From: Felis catus
Lineage: Eukaryota
DNA: 64,000 nt
Direction: 5' to 3'
NCBI RefSeq assembly: GCF_018350175.1
Contig: NC_058383.1
Location: 11,286,001 to 11,350,000, forward strand
In this document: positions 48,880 to 60,020 of the stretch, in pieces
Position numbering within the stretch: position 1 is the stretch's first letter
Layout of the letters: every line of letters starts with the position of its first letter
The notes under the pieces: generated by a model
The model's database searches: none
Told to the model about the DNA's origin: nothing
Seen by the model: the letters and a program-made list of their open reading frames with translations, nothing else
Translations under genes and position numbers: made by a program

Positions 48880-49850
48880 CCTTTTTCCACGGTGGGATTG
48901 TAAACACATCATTGCCACCAGCATCGCTGCCCACCCAATGACAGTGGCCAACCCGTGACCCAAGCCTAGCCAATGGAAATATTCCATCCCCTCTGAAAAG
49001 TGATTGGCCCAGGGGGTAGCCATGAAACCAAGAAGAGCCAATCAGAGTCCCTCCTTCAGAGTGAGAAGAAACAGCTGATATTTTCACTTTTTTTTGGGGG
49101 GGCAATCATCTTCCTTGGCTCAATAGGAAAAGTCAGTCTGTGTAGTCAGAAGAAGGCAACGCATTGAGTCATACAGACATGAAAGATAGATAGACGGGTA
49201 AATAGATAGGTAGCTGGGTAGATAGATGGGTAGATGGATAGATATATGGGTAGATGGGTAGATAGATGGATAGATGGATAGAGAGATGGACAGATGGCTA
49301 TATAGATGGGTAGATGGATGGATAGATGGATAGGTAGATAGATAGATGGATAGATGGATAGATAGGTAAGTAGATAGATGGATAGATAGATGGGTAGATA
49401 GGTGGATAGAGAAATTGATAGATGGATAGATATATGGGTAGATGGGTAGATAGATGGATAGATAGATAGATGGGTAGATAGATGGGTAGATAGGTGGGTA
49501 GAGAAATGGATAGATGGATAGAGAAATGGATAGCTGGATAGATAGGTGGGTAGAGAGATGAACAGATGAATAGATAGGTCAGACAGATAGATGGATAGGT
49601 AAGTAGATTGATGGATGGATGTAGATGGAAGGATAGATAGGTTGACTGATAGATGGATGGATAAATGGATGAATAGATAGAAGGAGAGACAAATAGGTAG
49701 ATGGGTAGATGGATCGATGGAGTTCTGGCTCCATTATTTGAGCTCATGGAGCCTCTATCCCTGAAGCCAGACGGAGCTGTCATGCTCTAGCCAATTGCTC
49801 TATGAAGTGAAGTTGCCTGGGGCTTCTGTCACTGCCACAGGAAGAGTCCC
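48880..49850 (+). mobile_element. Old MaLR LTR (MLT1K/L-like) split by a microsatellite array
   Basis: cgtgacccaagcctagccaat...gtgattggcccaggg...gccaatcagagtcc before the array; ccctgaagccaga...ttctgtcactgccacaggaagagtcc after it. Confidence 0.55.
49185..49720. repeat. (TAGA/TGGA)n complex array, ~535 bp
   Basis: Direct observation. Confidence 0.95.
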
Positions 49851-51304
49851 TCCCACCCCACCCCATCGGCTCACCCTCCCTGCCCTGGGCGTTGGTCTCC
49901 GGACTCCCAGGGGTTTCTGGGTGTTTTCTGCTGGCCCTTCCAGCAAAGATGGTCTATGACTCTGAGCTGCGTAGGCTGCCCTGCCACAAAGCGCAGAGCT
50001 TGCAGGCCAGCGGCGCAAGCCCCCAAATGTTTGCAACAAAAGTGTTGATAACACAGCTTTCCAATAAATCCAGAGCCTTCGGGGGGGGGGGGGACGGGGA
50101 GGGCTGCACGTGCGGGGCAATGGAGGCAAATTACTTTTGTTCTCCGCAGAGTCTGTGCTGGGTTTGCGTGCCTCCCCGGTGCTCTGCTGAGTTGGAGAAT
50201 CTTCCAGCAGGGCCGGCTTCCAGGCGGGTGACAGTCAGATTCAAATCACTTCTGCTCTCCAGCTCAGCACTCGGGCCCAGGTGCCTGCTGGATTCAGAGC
50301 ACAGGCCCCCCCTTCCTCCAAGAAATCTCTGCTTAGCACAGCCAGGGCCTGGACTGTTGTCATTAGGAGGTATAAAATCCTAATTTATATTGCTGGGAGG
50401 GTAATTTATACACTAATGTAAATTTCTTTTACTGCTGATTTTTGAGCAACTGATGTGCAATTATTTCCGGCTCCCCTTCCAATGCAATTCTAATATGACT
50501 GCCTGCTAATACCTTAATATTCTTTACGATTGCCAGAGATGATATTTTTCCCGGATCAAATGCATCCAGTGGGGTTTGACATAATTGGGTTAAAGATTTC
50601 TCTTTCTGAAGCTGTAAGACTGTTCGCCTTAGCTGGGCTGGTGGGAGGTTGGTGGGGGCGGGGGGGGTGCGCGGGAGGGATGATGACAGAGGCCTTTTGT
50701 GCTCTATTTCCCTGCCTGGGCCTTTCTCCTTTCCCGGACCCCGGATCTCTCTTGTCTGCCTACTGTGTGCTCAGCTCAGAGGATGCTACTTTGCTGCCAT
50801 TGCGTGGAAGTGGTGTGAGAAAACAAGTAGTTACTTTAAGGGCCCACTCCAGAGTAACCGTCTCAGGGAGAATGGTTTTTGCCTTCGGAACACCCCAGGG
50901 CATGAATGGCGGGCCTCACCCCGTTAGGAACCCGGGGGCGTGAATGTGCGTGTTGTGTATTACCGTCAGCTGGTGAACACGATGTGCATCTTGAGGGGCC
51001 TGGCTGTGCATGGTCCGCTTCATGTCTGCGGCAAGAATGACATTGTCTTCAGAATGTGTCTCAGTCCCTGGCCCTGCTGTGGGCAGCCGACAGGCCGCAG
51101 GACTCATGATGCCTTTCGGTGTCTGTCCCCAGGCCATGCTCTGACCTCCACACCATGCCGTCCCCTTCCAAATAATTAACACCAACCCTAAGACCACGAT
51201 CGGCACCGATCTTTGCTATGATCTAGCAGCAGCATTTCATTTTGATTTTGTCTACCATTTTCCTTACCTGTCTAGCTGGGACCTGCCAGAAAATCCTTGT
51301 GGCC

Positions 51305-51528
51305 TTTTATTGTTTATTCATCTATTTTTCAAAGAGTTTATCTATTTTGAGAGAGAGAAAGCATGAGCGGAGGGGGGTTAGAGAGAGAGGAGAGAGGGGG
51401 AATCCCTAGCCGGCTCTTTGTTGTCAGCGTGGAGCCCAACACGGGTCTCAAACTCACAAACTGTTTCATCACGACCTGAGCCAAAGTCAGATAGATGCTT
51501 AATCGACTGAGCCACCCAGATGGCCCCC
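51305..51528 (-). mobile_element. CanSINE (older)
   Basis: Diverged SINEC in reverse. Confidence 0.9.
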
Positions 51529-51591
51529 GTTTGGCCTGTTGAAAACTGAGACCATTTTGAGACCATAGCATCTCTTGAAATTGCTTCTTAG

Positions 51592-51803
51592 GGGGCGCCT
51601 GGGTGGCTCAGTCGGTGGAGCGTCCGACTTCGGCTCAGGTCACGATCTCACGGTTTGTGGGTTCAAGCCCCGCGTCAGCTCGGAGCCTGGAGCCTGCTTC
51701 GGATTCTGTGTCTCCTTCTGCCTCTGCCCCTCCCCACCCTGTGTCCTGTCTCTCAATGTCTCTCAGAAAATAAATAAATGTCAAAAAAGAATTAAGAAAA
51801 AAA
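51592..51803 (+). mobile_element. CanSINE
   Basis: Head to A tail; TSD gaaattgcttcttagg. Confidence 0.95.
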
Positions 51804-51959
51804 GAAATTGCTTCTTAGGACCGTCACCTGTGGCAATATATTATGGCTTACTCTCATCATTTTAGTGTCTTCGTTTATTTTTTCCATTATGATCATTTAA
51901 CGCAGTTTCAGCTTGGAAAAGGTGATTCCATAAAAATAAACCCCGACATGGTGTAGTTG

Positions 51960-52200
51960 TAACTAATAATAATAAATAATAATATTTATACAGTGATTCC
52001 TCTTGTTCTAAGGACGGTATTACCTAACTCATTCAGTTTGAGCACAACACGACGAGGCGGTCGTTACTATTAAACTCATTTTACTCGTGGGGAAATCGGG
52101 GCATAGACCGGTTCAGTGACCTGCCAGAGGTCCCTCAGCTGGTAAAGTGGGAGGGTTGGGGCCGGTACCCAAGCAGCTGGGCCCCACATCTGTCTTCTTA
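51960..52200 (-). mobile_element. MIR
   Basis: ctcattttactcgtggggaaatcggggcatagaccggttcagtgacctgcc...cagctggtaaagtgg. Confidence 0.6.
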
Positions 52201-52368
52201 GCACGTGTGCCCCCCGCAAATTCGCGTGTTAAAGTCCTAACCTTAGCACCTCAGAATGTAACAATATTCAGAGATAAAGTGTGGAAAGAGAGAATTCGGT
52301 TAAAATGAGGTCCTTGGGGTGGGCGGTAACGCAGTGTGACTGGAGCCCTTATAAGAAGAGAAGATTTG

Positions 52369-52590
52369 GGGGCACCTGGGTGGCTCAGTCGGTTAAGCGT
52401 CCGACTTCAACTCAGGTCACGATCTCGCGGTCTGTGAGTTCGAGCCCCGCGTCGGGCTCTGGGCTGATGGCTCAGAGCCTGGAGCCTGCTTCCGATTCTG
52501 TGTCTCCCTCTCTCTCTGCCCCTCCCCCGTTCATGCTCTGTCTCTGTCTCAAAAATAAATAAAACGTTACAAAAAAATTTTTTTTAAAAA
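52369..52590 (+). mobile_element. CanSINE (young)
   Basis: Near-consensus; TSD aagatttg. Confidence 0.97.
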
Positions 52591-52747
52591 AAGATTTGGA
52601 CACAGACACACACAGGGAAGACACGTGAGGACACGGGGAGAAGACGGCTGTCTGCACGCCAAGGAGAGAGGCCTCAGAAAGAACCAACCTTGTGCACACC
52701 TTGATCTTGGATTTCTAGCCCCCAGAACTGTGAGAAAATGAATTTCT

Positions 52748-54224
52748 CTTTTTAATATTAAATATAATTTATTGTCAAATTGGTTTCCATGCAACACCCA
52801 GTGCTCATCCCAACAGGTGCCCTCCTCAATGCCCATCACCCACTTTCCCCTCTCCCCCACCCCCCATCCACCCTCAGTTTGTTCTCAGTATCCAAGAGTC
52901 TCTTACGGTTTGCCTCCCTCCCTCTCTGTAACTTCCCCCCCCTTCCCCTCCCCCATGGTCTTCTGTTAAGTTTCTCAGGATCCACATAAGAGTGAAAACA
53001 TATGGTATCTGTCTTTCTTTGTATCTGTCTTTCTTTGTATGACTTATTTCACTTAGCATCACACTCTCCAGTTCCATCCACGTTGCTACAAAAGGCATAT
53101 TTCATTCTTTCTCATTGCCAAGTAGTATTCCATTGTGTATATAAACCACAATTTCTTTATCCATTCATCAGTTGATGGACATTTAGGACCTTTCCATAAT
53201 TTGGCTATTGTTGAGAGTGCTGCTGTAAACATTGGGGTACAAGTGCCCCTCTGCATCAGCACTCCTGTATCCCTTGGGTAAATTCCTAGCAGTACTATTG
53301 CTGGGTCGTAGGGTAGATCTATTTTTAATGTTTTGAGGAACCTCCACACTGTTTTCCAGAGCAGCTGCACCAGTTTGCATTCCCACCAGCGGTGCAAGAG
53401 GGTTCCCATTTCTCCACATCCTCGCCAGCATCTATAGTCTCCTGATTTGTTCATTTTAGCCACTCTGACTGCGTGAGGTGGTATCTCAGTGTGGTTTTGA
53501 TTTGTGTTTCCCTGATGAGGAGTGACATTGAGCATCTTTTCATATGCCTGTTGGCCATTTGGATGTCTTCTTTAGAAAAGTGCCTATTCATGTCTTCTCC
53601 CCATTTCTTTGCTGGATTATTTGTTTTTCGAGTGTCGAGTTTGGTGAGTCCTTCATAGATTTTGGATACTAGCCCTTTATCCGATATGTCATTTGCAAAT
53701 ATCTTTTCCCATTCCGTCGGTTGCCTTTTAGTTTACTTGATTGTTTCCTTTGCTGTGCAGAAGCTTTTTATCTTGGTGAGGTCCCAATAGTTCATTTTTG
53801 CTTTTAATTCCCCTGCCTTTGCAGATGTGTCGAGTAAGAAATTGCTGCGGCTGAGGTCAGAGAGGTTTTTTCCTGCTTTCTCCTCTAGGGTTTTGGTGGT
53901 TTCCTGTCTCACATTCAGGTCCTTCATCCGTTTTGAGTTTATTTTTGTCAATGGTGTAAGAAAGTGGTCTAGATTCATTCTTCTGCATGTTGCTGTCCAG
54001 TTCTCCCAGCACCGTCTGTTAAAGAGACTGTCTTTTTTCCATTGGATATTCCTTCTTGCTTTGTCAAAGATTAGTTGGCCATACTTTTGTGGGTCCAATT
54101 CTGGAGTCTCTATTCAATTCCATTGGTCTATGTGTCTGTTTTTGTGCCAATACCATGCTGTCTTGATGATGACAGCTTTGTAGTAGAGGCTAAAGTCTGG
54201 GATTGTGATGCCTCCCGCTTTGGT
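52748..54224 (-). mobile_element. 5'-truncated carnivore/felid L1 (~1.5 kb), frameshifted ORF2 C-terminus + 3'UTR
   Basis: ORFs 53733-54098 (YGQLIFDK...WKKDSLFN...KINS..KDLNVR) and 53086-53535 (CWRGCGE.GTLLH.WWEC zinc-knuckle region, LPYDPAI, CPSTDEWIKKLW); TSD tgagaaaatgaa(t/c)ttct at 52731-52747 and 54225-54241. Confidence 0.97.
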
Positions 54225-54384
54225 TGAGAAAATGAACTTCTGTTGCGTAAGCTGCCCTGTCTGCAGCATATCGAGCAGACTGAGACACCACCCTATCAGA
54301 GATGTTACTATGAATGTGTTATTCCAAATCGAAGACCTCTGGCAGAAGAAATTGTGATGTGGTAAAAATGCCCCGGTTTGAGTA

Positions 54385-54574
54385 TTTTTTAAAAAAATAT
54401 TTATTTATCTTTGAGGAGAGAGACAGAGCATGAGTAGGGGAGGGGCAGAGAGAGACGGAGACAGAATCTGAAGCAGGCTCCAGGCTCCGAGCTGTCAGCA
54501 CAGAGCCCTACACGGGGCTCAAACTCACAAACTGTGAGATCATGTCCTGAGCCGAAGTTGGACGCTTAACTGAC
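54385..54574 (-). mobile_element. CanSINE lacking ~20 nt of its 5' end, inside a MIR relic
   Basis: Ends at ggacgcttaactgac; no TSD visible. Confidence 0.92.
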
Positions 54575-54659
54575 CCCTCATCATTCAGGGCCTCAGTTTC
54601 TTCATTTGTCAGTCGAGGCCAGTGATCCCCAGCACAAGGCTCCCAGGGGATCATAGGGA

Positions 54660-55170
54660 AGGTGACACTGATGGCTGTTGGCATGGGGAAGCTGTTGGCA
54701 GACTAACTGGGAAGGGTATGTCCTATGCGCTTGGTTTCCCTTGATTGGTCCTAAGTTGGAAGTGAGGACAGAAGTTTGGGAAGCCATCAGTTATTGATTA
54801 AGCCCAGCTCTTTTTTTTTTAATGTTTATTTATTTTGAGAGAGAGAGAAAGAGTGAGTGAGCATGGCGGGGCGGGGGAGGGAGGGGGAGAAAGAGAGAGA
54901 GAGGAGGAGCGAGAATCCCAAGCAGGCTCCACACTGTCAGCACAGAGCCCAATGTGGGTATCGAACTCATGAACCTTGAGATCGTGACCTGAGATGAAAT
55001 CAAGAGTTGAACACTTAACCAGCTGAGCCACCCAGGCGCCCTAAGCCCCAACTCTTTTGAGCTGGTAGCCACAGAAGTCATAGTTTGGCTTCCTGGACTG
55101 GTTGCTGCAGATGGTGAGTGAGAGTTCTATTTTTATTTTCGAGTTGGCCATCGTCTGGCTGTTTAGTTTC
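54660..55170. mobile_element. Old ERV-class LTR fragment (family not pinned), interrupted by SINE
   Basis: gattggtcctaagttggaag...cagttattgattaag...tttggcttcctggactggttgctgcaga...gagttctattttta. Confidence 0.45.
54811..55041 (-). mobile_element. CanSINE
   Basis: SINEC in reverse; TSD taagcccagctctttt / taagccccaactctttt. Confidence 0.94.
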
Positions 55171-55469
55171 TCCCCGTGTAGTGCTCTGCACGGGGCTCCC
55201 AGCTGCCGGACGGTCCTGCAGAGGAGACAGGAGCTGGCAGAGTTTTCCATGCACAGGGTGAAATGCCCATTGCCTGGCCAGGGTCTAGCCTCGGGGCTAG
55301 CGGGCACTGTCCTGACCCCGGCAGCATGTGAGCCGGGGGAGCAGGCTCAGGGCAATTCTGGGCTGAGCTGGAGTCCCAATGCAGAAGGCAGGTTCCACGT
55401 AACCGCTGTTGTGAGGGCAGCTGGAAGAGAAGAGGCCACGTCCAAGTTTGCATTCCAAAGTTGCTGAAA

Positions 55470-56301
55470 GACAAATGCGAGAGCTCTTAAAACTGAACGA
55501 CAAAGGGCAAAGGGCTTGGATAGGCATTTCTCCAAAGAGGACATACAAATGGCCACCAAGCGTACGGAAAGATGTTGACCATCATTCATTATTAGGAACA
55601 CGCAACTCGAAACCACTATGAGATCCTACCTCAAGCCCTCAGGATGGCTATTACTAAAAAGCCCCGGAAAATAATAAGCGTTAGTGAGTGAGTGGACCAG
55701 TTGGGACCCTCCTGCACTGTGGCTGGGAATGTAAAATGGCGCATCCACTGTGCAAAGCAGTATGGCAGTTCCCCCCCCCAAAATGAAGAGGATTACCGTG
55801 TGATCCAGAAATCCCACTTCTGGGGACCTTTCCAAAAGAATTGAAGTGAGGATCTCAAAGAGATATTTGGACAGCCGTGTTCATAGCCGTGTTATTCACC
55901 AGAGCCAAAAGGTGTCCACCGACAGATGAATGGATGAACGAAATACGGTAGGTACGTACAGGGGAATATCATCCAGCCTAAAAAAGGAAGGGAAGCCTGC
56001 CGCTTGCTGCCACGTGGATGGACCCTGAGGACATTAAGCCAAGTGGAATAAGCCAGTCACAAAAGGACAAAGACTGTATGATTCTACTTGTATGAAGGAT
56101 CCCAAGGAGTCAAACTCTCAGAAGCCTAATGGACAGAGGTGGTTGCCAGGGGCTGGGGGAGGGTTTCGGTCTCGCAAGATGAAAAGAATTCTGGAGATTG
56201 GTTGCGCAACCAGAATGTACAGATTCTACTGAACCGTACGCTTAAAAATGGGGAAGAAGGTACATTTCATGTTATGTAGATTTTACCGCAATTACAAAAA
56301 A
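55470..56301 (+). mobile_element. L1MB-type 3' fragment
   Basis: catttctccaaagaggacatacaaatggcc...gggaatgtaaaatgg...ataagccagtcacaaaaggacaaa...catgttatgtagattttaccgcaatt + A tail. Confidence 0.88.
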
Positions 56302-56469
56302 GCAACCCCCAAAGGAAATGGGGTCCTGGGAGGTTGAGCTGGCTGGGCGTTGTCTGCCAGGCTCTGGATGAATGACTGTTCTTGCTGTGGCCCTCTGTGT
56401 CCGAGGGGATGCTTCCTGGTTCCCTGGGGAAGGCTCCTCTGCTCCCCTCAATGCCCAGGGAATTGGGGC

Positions 56470-57050
56470 ATTAGTTGCAGGCGAGAGCAGTCCATGCCAG
56501 GACGTAACCCGCTCAACAGCCATTCATTCCTACCTGTGCTACTTCCTTCATTCCTACCTGCTCTGTGCTAACAGTTCTTCGTTTTGCACCTTTTTCAGGC
56601 AGGCAGCAATATGCTCAGGGAAGGTAAAACTGCCCCTGACCCAGAGAACGAACCTCGGGTTCCCTAGATCGGCCATGATAATCCACTTCCTCTTTGTGAG
56701 TGATTGGTCTGGGGGTGGGTGTGAGACCTGTTCTGGCCAAGAAGACACGAGACAAGTTCCTGGGGCCTTCTGGAAAAGATGTTTTTCTCTGATAAAAGAG
56801 GATGCTAGTGCCCTTTCTCATCTTCCTGCTTTGAATGTGGTTGAGTGGTGCTTCAGCAGCCCTTTTGTGACCATGAGTGACAAGTTCAAGGACAGAGAGC
56901 TGACATCCTGGGGATGGCAAAGCAAGGGGACCAAAGAGGCTGTGTCTTTGATGGCATGGTTGAACCACACTGTACCCAGTCTAGCACTGTTAACCCCCAG
57001 GCCTCTTTTATTTGTGAAAACTGATGGTCAAAGTTGCTGCTATGCTCTGA
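56470..57050 (+). mobile_element. Old MaLR LTR (MLT1J/K/L-like)
   Basis: gtgattggtctgggggtgggtgtgagacc..ttctggccaa...ggggccttctggaaaaga...gcagcccttttgtgaccatgag...ggatggcaaagca. Confidence 0.65.
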
Positions 57051-58062
57051 GCCCAGTGGAACAGAGTGGGACGTACTGGGTGCTCTATTTGGCCTCACCC
57101 CACCTCAGCTTGGAGGGAACTAAGAAAATGCCTCCACTTCTACTCCTTTGTCTTCCTCTCTTCCAATCCCACCTCCCCTTTTACCAACATTCCTCCCCTT
57201 TCGTTTTCTTGAGAAGCTCCCCTTCTTTCTCCTTTGTTGCTGGGGGACCTCATCTCAGACCCATTCCCTGCTTCTTACTTCCGCACCCACCCTCTGCTCC
57301 AGCTCTTTGGGGGCACCTGCCTTCCCCAAGTGCTCAGTGGCATCCGGGTCTGCCCTGAGTGCTCCCCCCTGGCATCCTGCTGCCTGACTTGTTCCAACAC
57401 CTCCTCAGGGGCTCGATCCTGGGGAACGTGGTCTGATTCCCTTCCCACGGCCCCCGCCCCTTGGGGTATGTTGACTGTGACCTCCTATGGGCAGGGACCA
57501 GTAGTCAACGTGTCCTTTCTGAATGACATGTTTGCTGCCCTTCCTCAAGAACCTGACCGCTGAGGCCTCTTCCAGGCACATGTGGACCACACGGCATCTA
57601 GCTCTTATATCCACACCCGGGGTGACCTTGGGGACATTCTGGCCAGAGATCAGGGAAGCCACATCACTTTGTCAGGCTCTGCTTGGTGTCTTCACTCTTT
57701 TTATGCCCCAGTGAGCAAAAGAGGCTGATCTAAGACATAGACATGGCCCCCGAGGGATTTTAAACAGGATCTTTTTTATTTTCTACTCAATATATCATGA
57801 AATGAGATAAAGTCTCCCTGGTTTATCAGCCCTTAATTGGATGAATCCCCCCCCCCCCCACCCCAAAGTCTGAATAGTGGAGAGGGATGATGACAAAGAG
57901 AGTTTTGTCATCGATGGGCAAGCTCTGGGAGCCTGACCTGGCCTTCCTGGGGGAAGGCCTTTAGATCGGAAAGGATTACCATGGCCGCAGCCAGTCACAG
58001 CTTTCCCTTGCTCATTTGGGATCTGGGGAAAACGACTTCATCTATTCTCTAATAAGTTAACA

Positions 58063-58290
58063 GGGGCGCCTGGGTGGCTCAGTCGGTTAAGCATCCAACT
58101 CTCGATTTCAGCTCAGGTCACGATCTCACAGTTTGTGGGATCGAACCCCGCATCACGCTCTTTGCTGATAGCTCAGAGCCCAGGTGGGATCTGTTCTCTC
58201 CCCCCCCTCTCTGCCTTTCTTGCTCCTGTACTTTCACTGTCTCTCTCTCTCTCTCTAAGTAAATAAACAGTAAAAAAGAAAAAAAGAAAA
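58063..58290 (+). mobile_element. CanSINE
   Basis: ggggcgcctgggtggctcagtcggttaagc head, (CT)n, A tail. Confidence 0.94.
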
Positions 58291-58509
58291 TAATGGAGTA
58301 ACAAGCATGCCCACTTTTTCAAGCTAAAGAACAAGATAAAGGAGTTATGCAAAGCACTTTATAGTTTCATTTCCTCCTGTTAGAGTAATAAGGATAAATG
58401 ATTTCTGGAGCGACACTTCCAAGGCTGTGGGTACCGTGATGGCGAACATTGGAGGAGTCATAAGTTCCTGTCTTTCCCAGGGGAAAGCAGACGTGTCATG
58501 TGCCAAAAA

Positions 58510-58680
58510 TCCCCGAAGCCCGAGATGCAGGATTTTCCAAGTGGCTCCTGGAGCCAGTAGAGACTCTTATTCCCATTTTACAGATAAGGAAATTGGGGCC
58601 CAGTGAGGGTCATTGGTTTGCCCAAGGTCACACGTGTAATAATGCAGTCTGCCTCCAGAATCTGTGCTATTCTGCCTCCG
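58510..58680 (-). mobile_element. MIR
   Basis: attcccattttacagataaggaaattggggccca...tttgcccaaggtcacac. Confidence 0.7.
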
Positions 58681-59289
58681 AACAAGATGACTGATGAGCG
58701 ATTCCATTTCAGGCTCTCTTGGCTGGGCTGCGGGGAGGACTGTCGTGGTTCACATGCGAAGAGCGATGCCCAGATGAATCTCACACTTCTCTGCATCAGG
58801 GAGGTGGCCCATTCATGTAGCCAGAAGCTCCCCATGGTCTCCTTGGAACTGGACCACGGTAGCCCCAGAGCCAGGCAGGAGAGGTTGGGGGCTGTCTGGT
58901 ATGTGAGGAAGGGGTTGTTTCAGGCATCTGTGGGTGTGGCTGGGTTCCATCATGACCCTCACCTTCACCATCCTGCGGCTGTAAATACCCCTCTCCTCTG
59001 ACCCCCTCTGTTCCAGGCCTTTGTCATGATGGCCAAGGCTCACGGTCTCCCAAAGGGTGCTGGGCCTGTGTCTCCTGCGGGGGGCGACTCAGAAAGCCCT
59101 GGACTCCCTCCTGGATTGCTTTCCTGCCTTCATTGGGAGAGCAGATATCTCCAAGGGAGAGCACCTTTGTTGTCAGCATTGGCTCAGGTCCTAATCAGAC
59201 AGGGACAGTGTGTGAGTCAGTGTGAAGGGGGCAAATCAGCCCCTTCAAGGGGCAAAGCTGCTTTGCTTGGGAAGAACCCAGGCATGTCT

Positions 59290-59410
59290 TCCTGGTGTGG
59301 AGGAAAGTTCAGTGTCTGTATCACAACGCTGCTTAGCTGTGTGGCTTTGGGCAAATTTCTTAAGATCTCTGAGCCTCATTTACAAAATAGAAATTAATCA
59401 TTCTCTAACT
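59290..59410 (+). mobile_element. MIR
   Basis: cttagctgtgtggctttgggcaaatttcttaagatctctgagcctcatt. Confidence 0.6.
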
Positions 59411-59489
59411 AACTAGGTTGATATCTACCAAGGACCTAACACAGCTACTGATTTGTGGCACGTGGACCACCCTTTCTTTTCCATAGGGA

Positions 59490-60020
59490 CGTCTGAGTGA
59501 TGGAGGCAGAGGGAATCTGGGGCTGTGCACACAAGTAGACTACATTTCCCAGGTTCCCTTGCATGTAGGTGGGGCCATGTGACTGAGCTCCAGCCAGTGA
59601 AATGGGGCCGAGTGAAGGCGTGTCCATACATGGCCCATAAGATCCTCTTGCCTCATCTTTCATTTCTGTTTCCATGGCCATGACCAGCGGCCAGGAGACC
59701 GGCGAGTGTAGTAACCCTTGCAACAGATTTTGGTGGATGGTCAGCAGTCTTCATAACATAATCTCAAAAAAAAAGGAGGATGCACTTGCCTTGTTCTCTC
59801 CCCTACCCCCCCTGGTTAAGAGGTGGCTATAATGGCAGGAGCTGGAGCAGCCACTTGGGACCCAGATTGGGAAGCTGCCATGTTGAGAGTGGCAGAGCTG
59901 CCCTCCTTGTTCTGGGATGGCTTCTCTGGATTGTTCCGTGAGCGACAAATGTGATTCCAACTTGGTGAGGCGTTGCGTTTTGGGTCTTCCTGTCCCCGCA
60001 GCTCAGACTCTCCCTTCACA
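59490..60020 (+). mobile_element. MLT1I/J-like LTR pieces
   Basis: gactacatttcccaggttcccttgcatgtaggtggggccatgtgactgag...ggagctggagcagccacttggga...ccatgttgagagtggcagagc. Confidence 0.65.

Larger units (their letters stand above)
52205..54287 (+). mobile_element. MLT1A/B-type MaLR LTR split into three pieces by a SINE and an L1
   Basis: Pieces 52205-52368, 52591-52747 and 54225-54287 join into one LTR (cacctcagaatgtaac...aagacggctgtctgca...cagaactgtgagaaaatgaatttctgttg...gcagactgagaca). Confidence 0.85.

Noticed and set aside
56372..57358. Longest ORF (328 aa)
   Set aside because: Non-ATG start, runs through an old MLT1-like LTR, no recognisable domain; a chance open frame.
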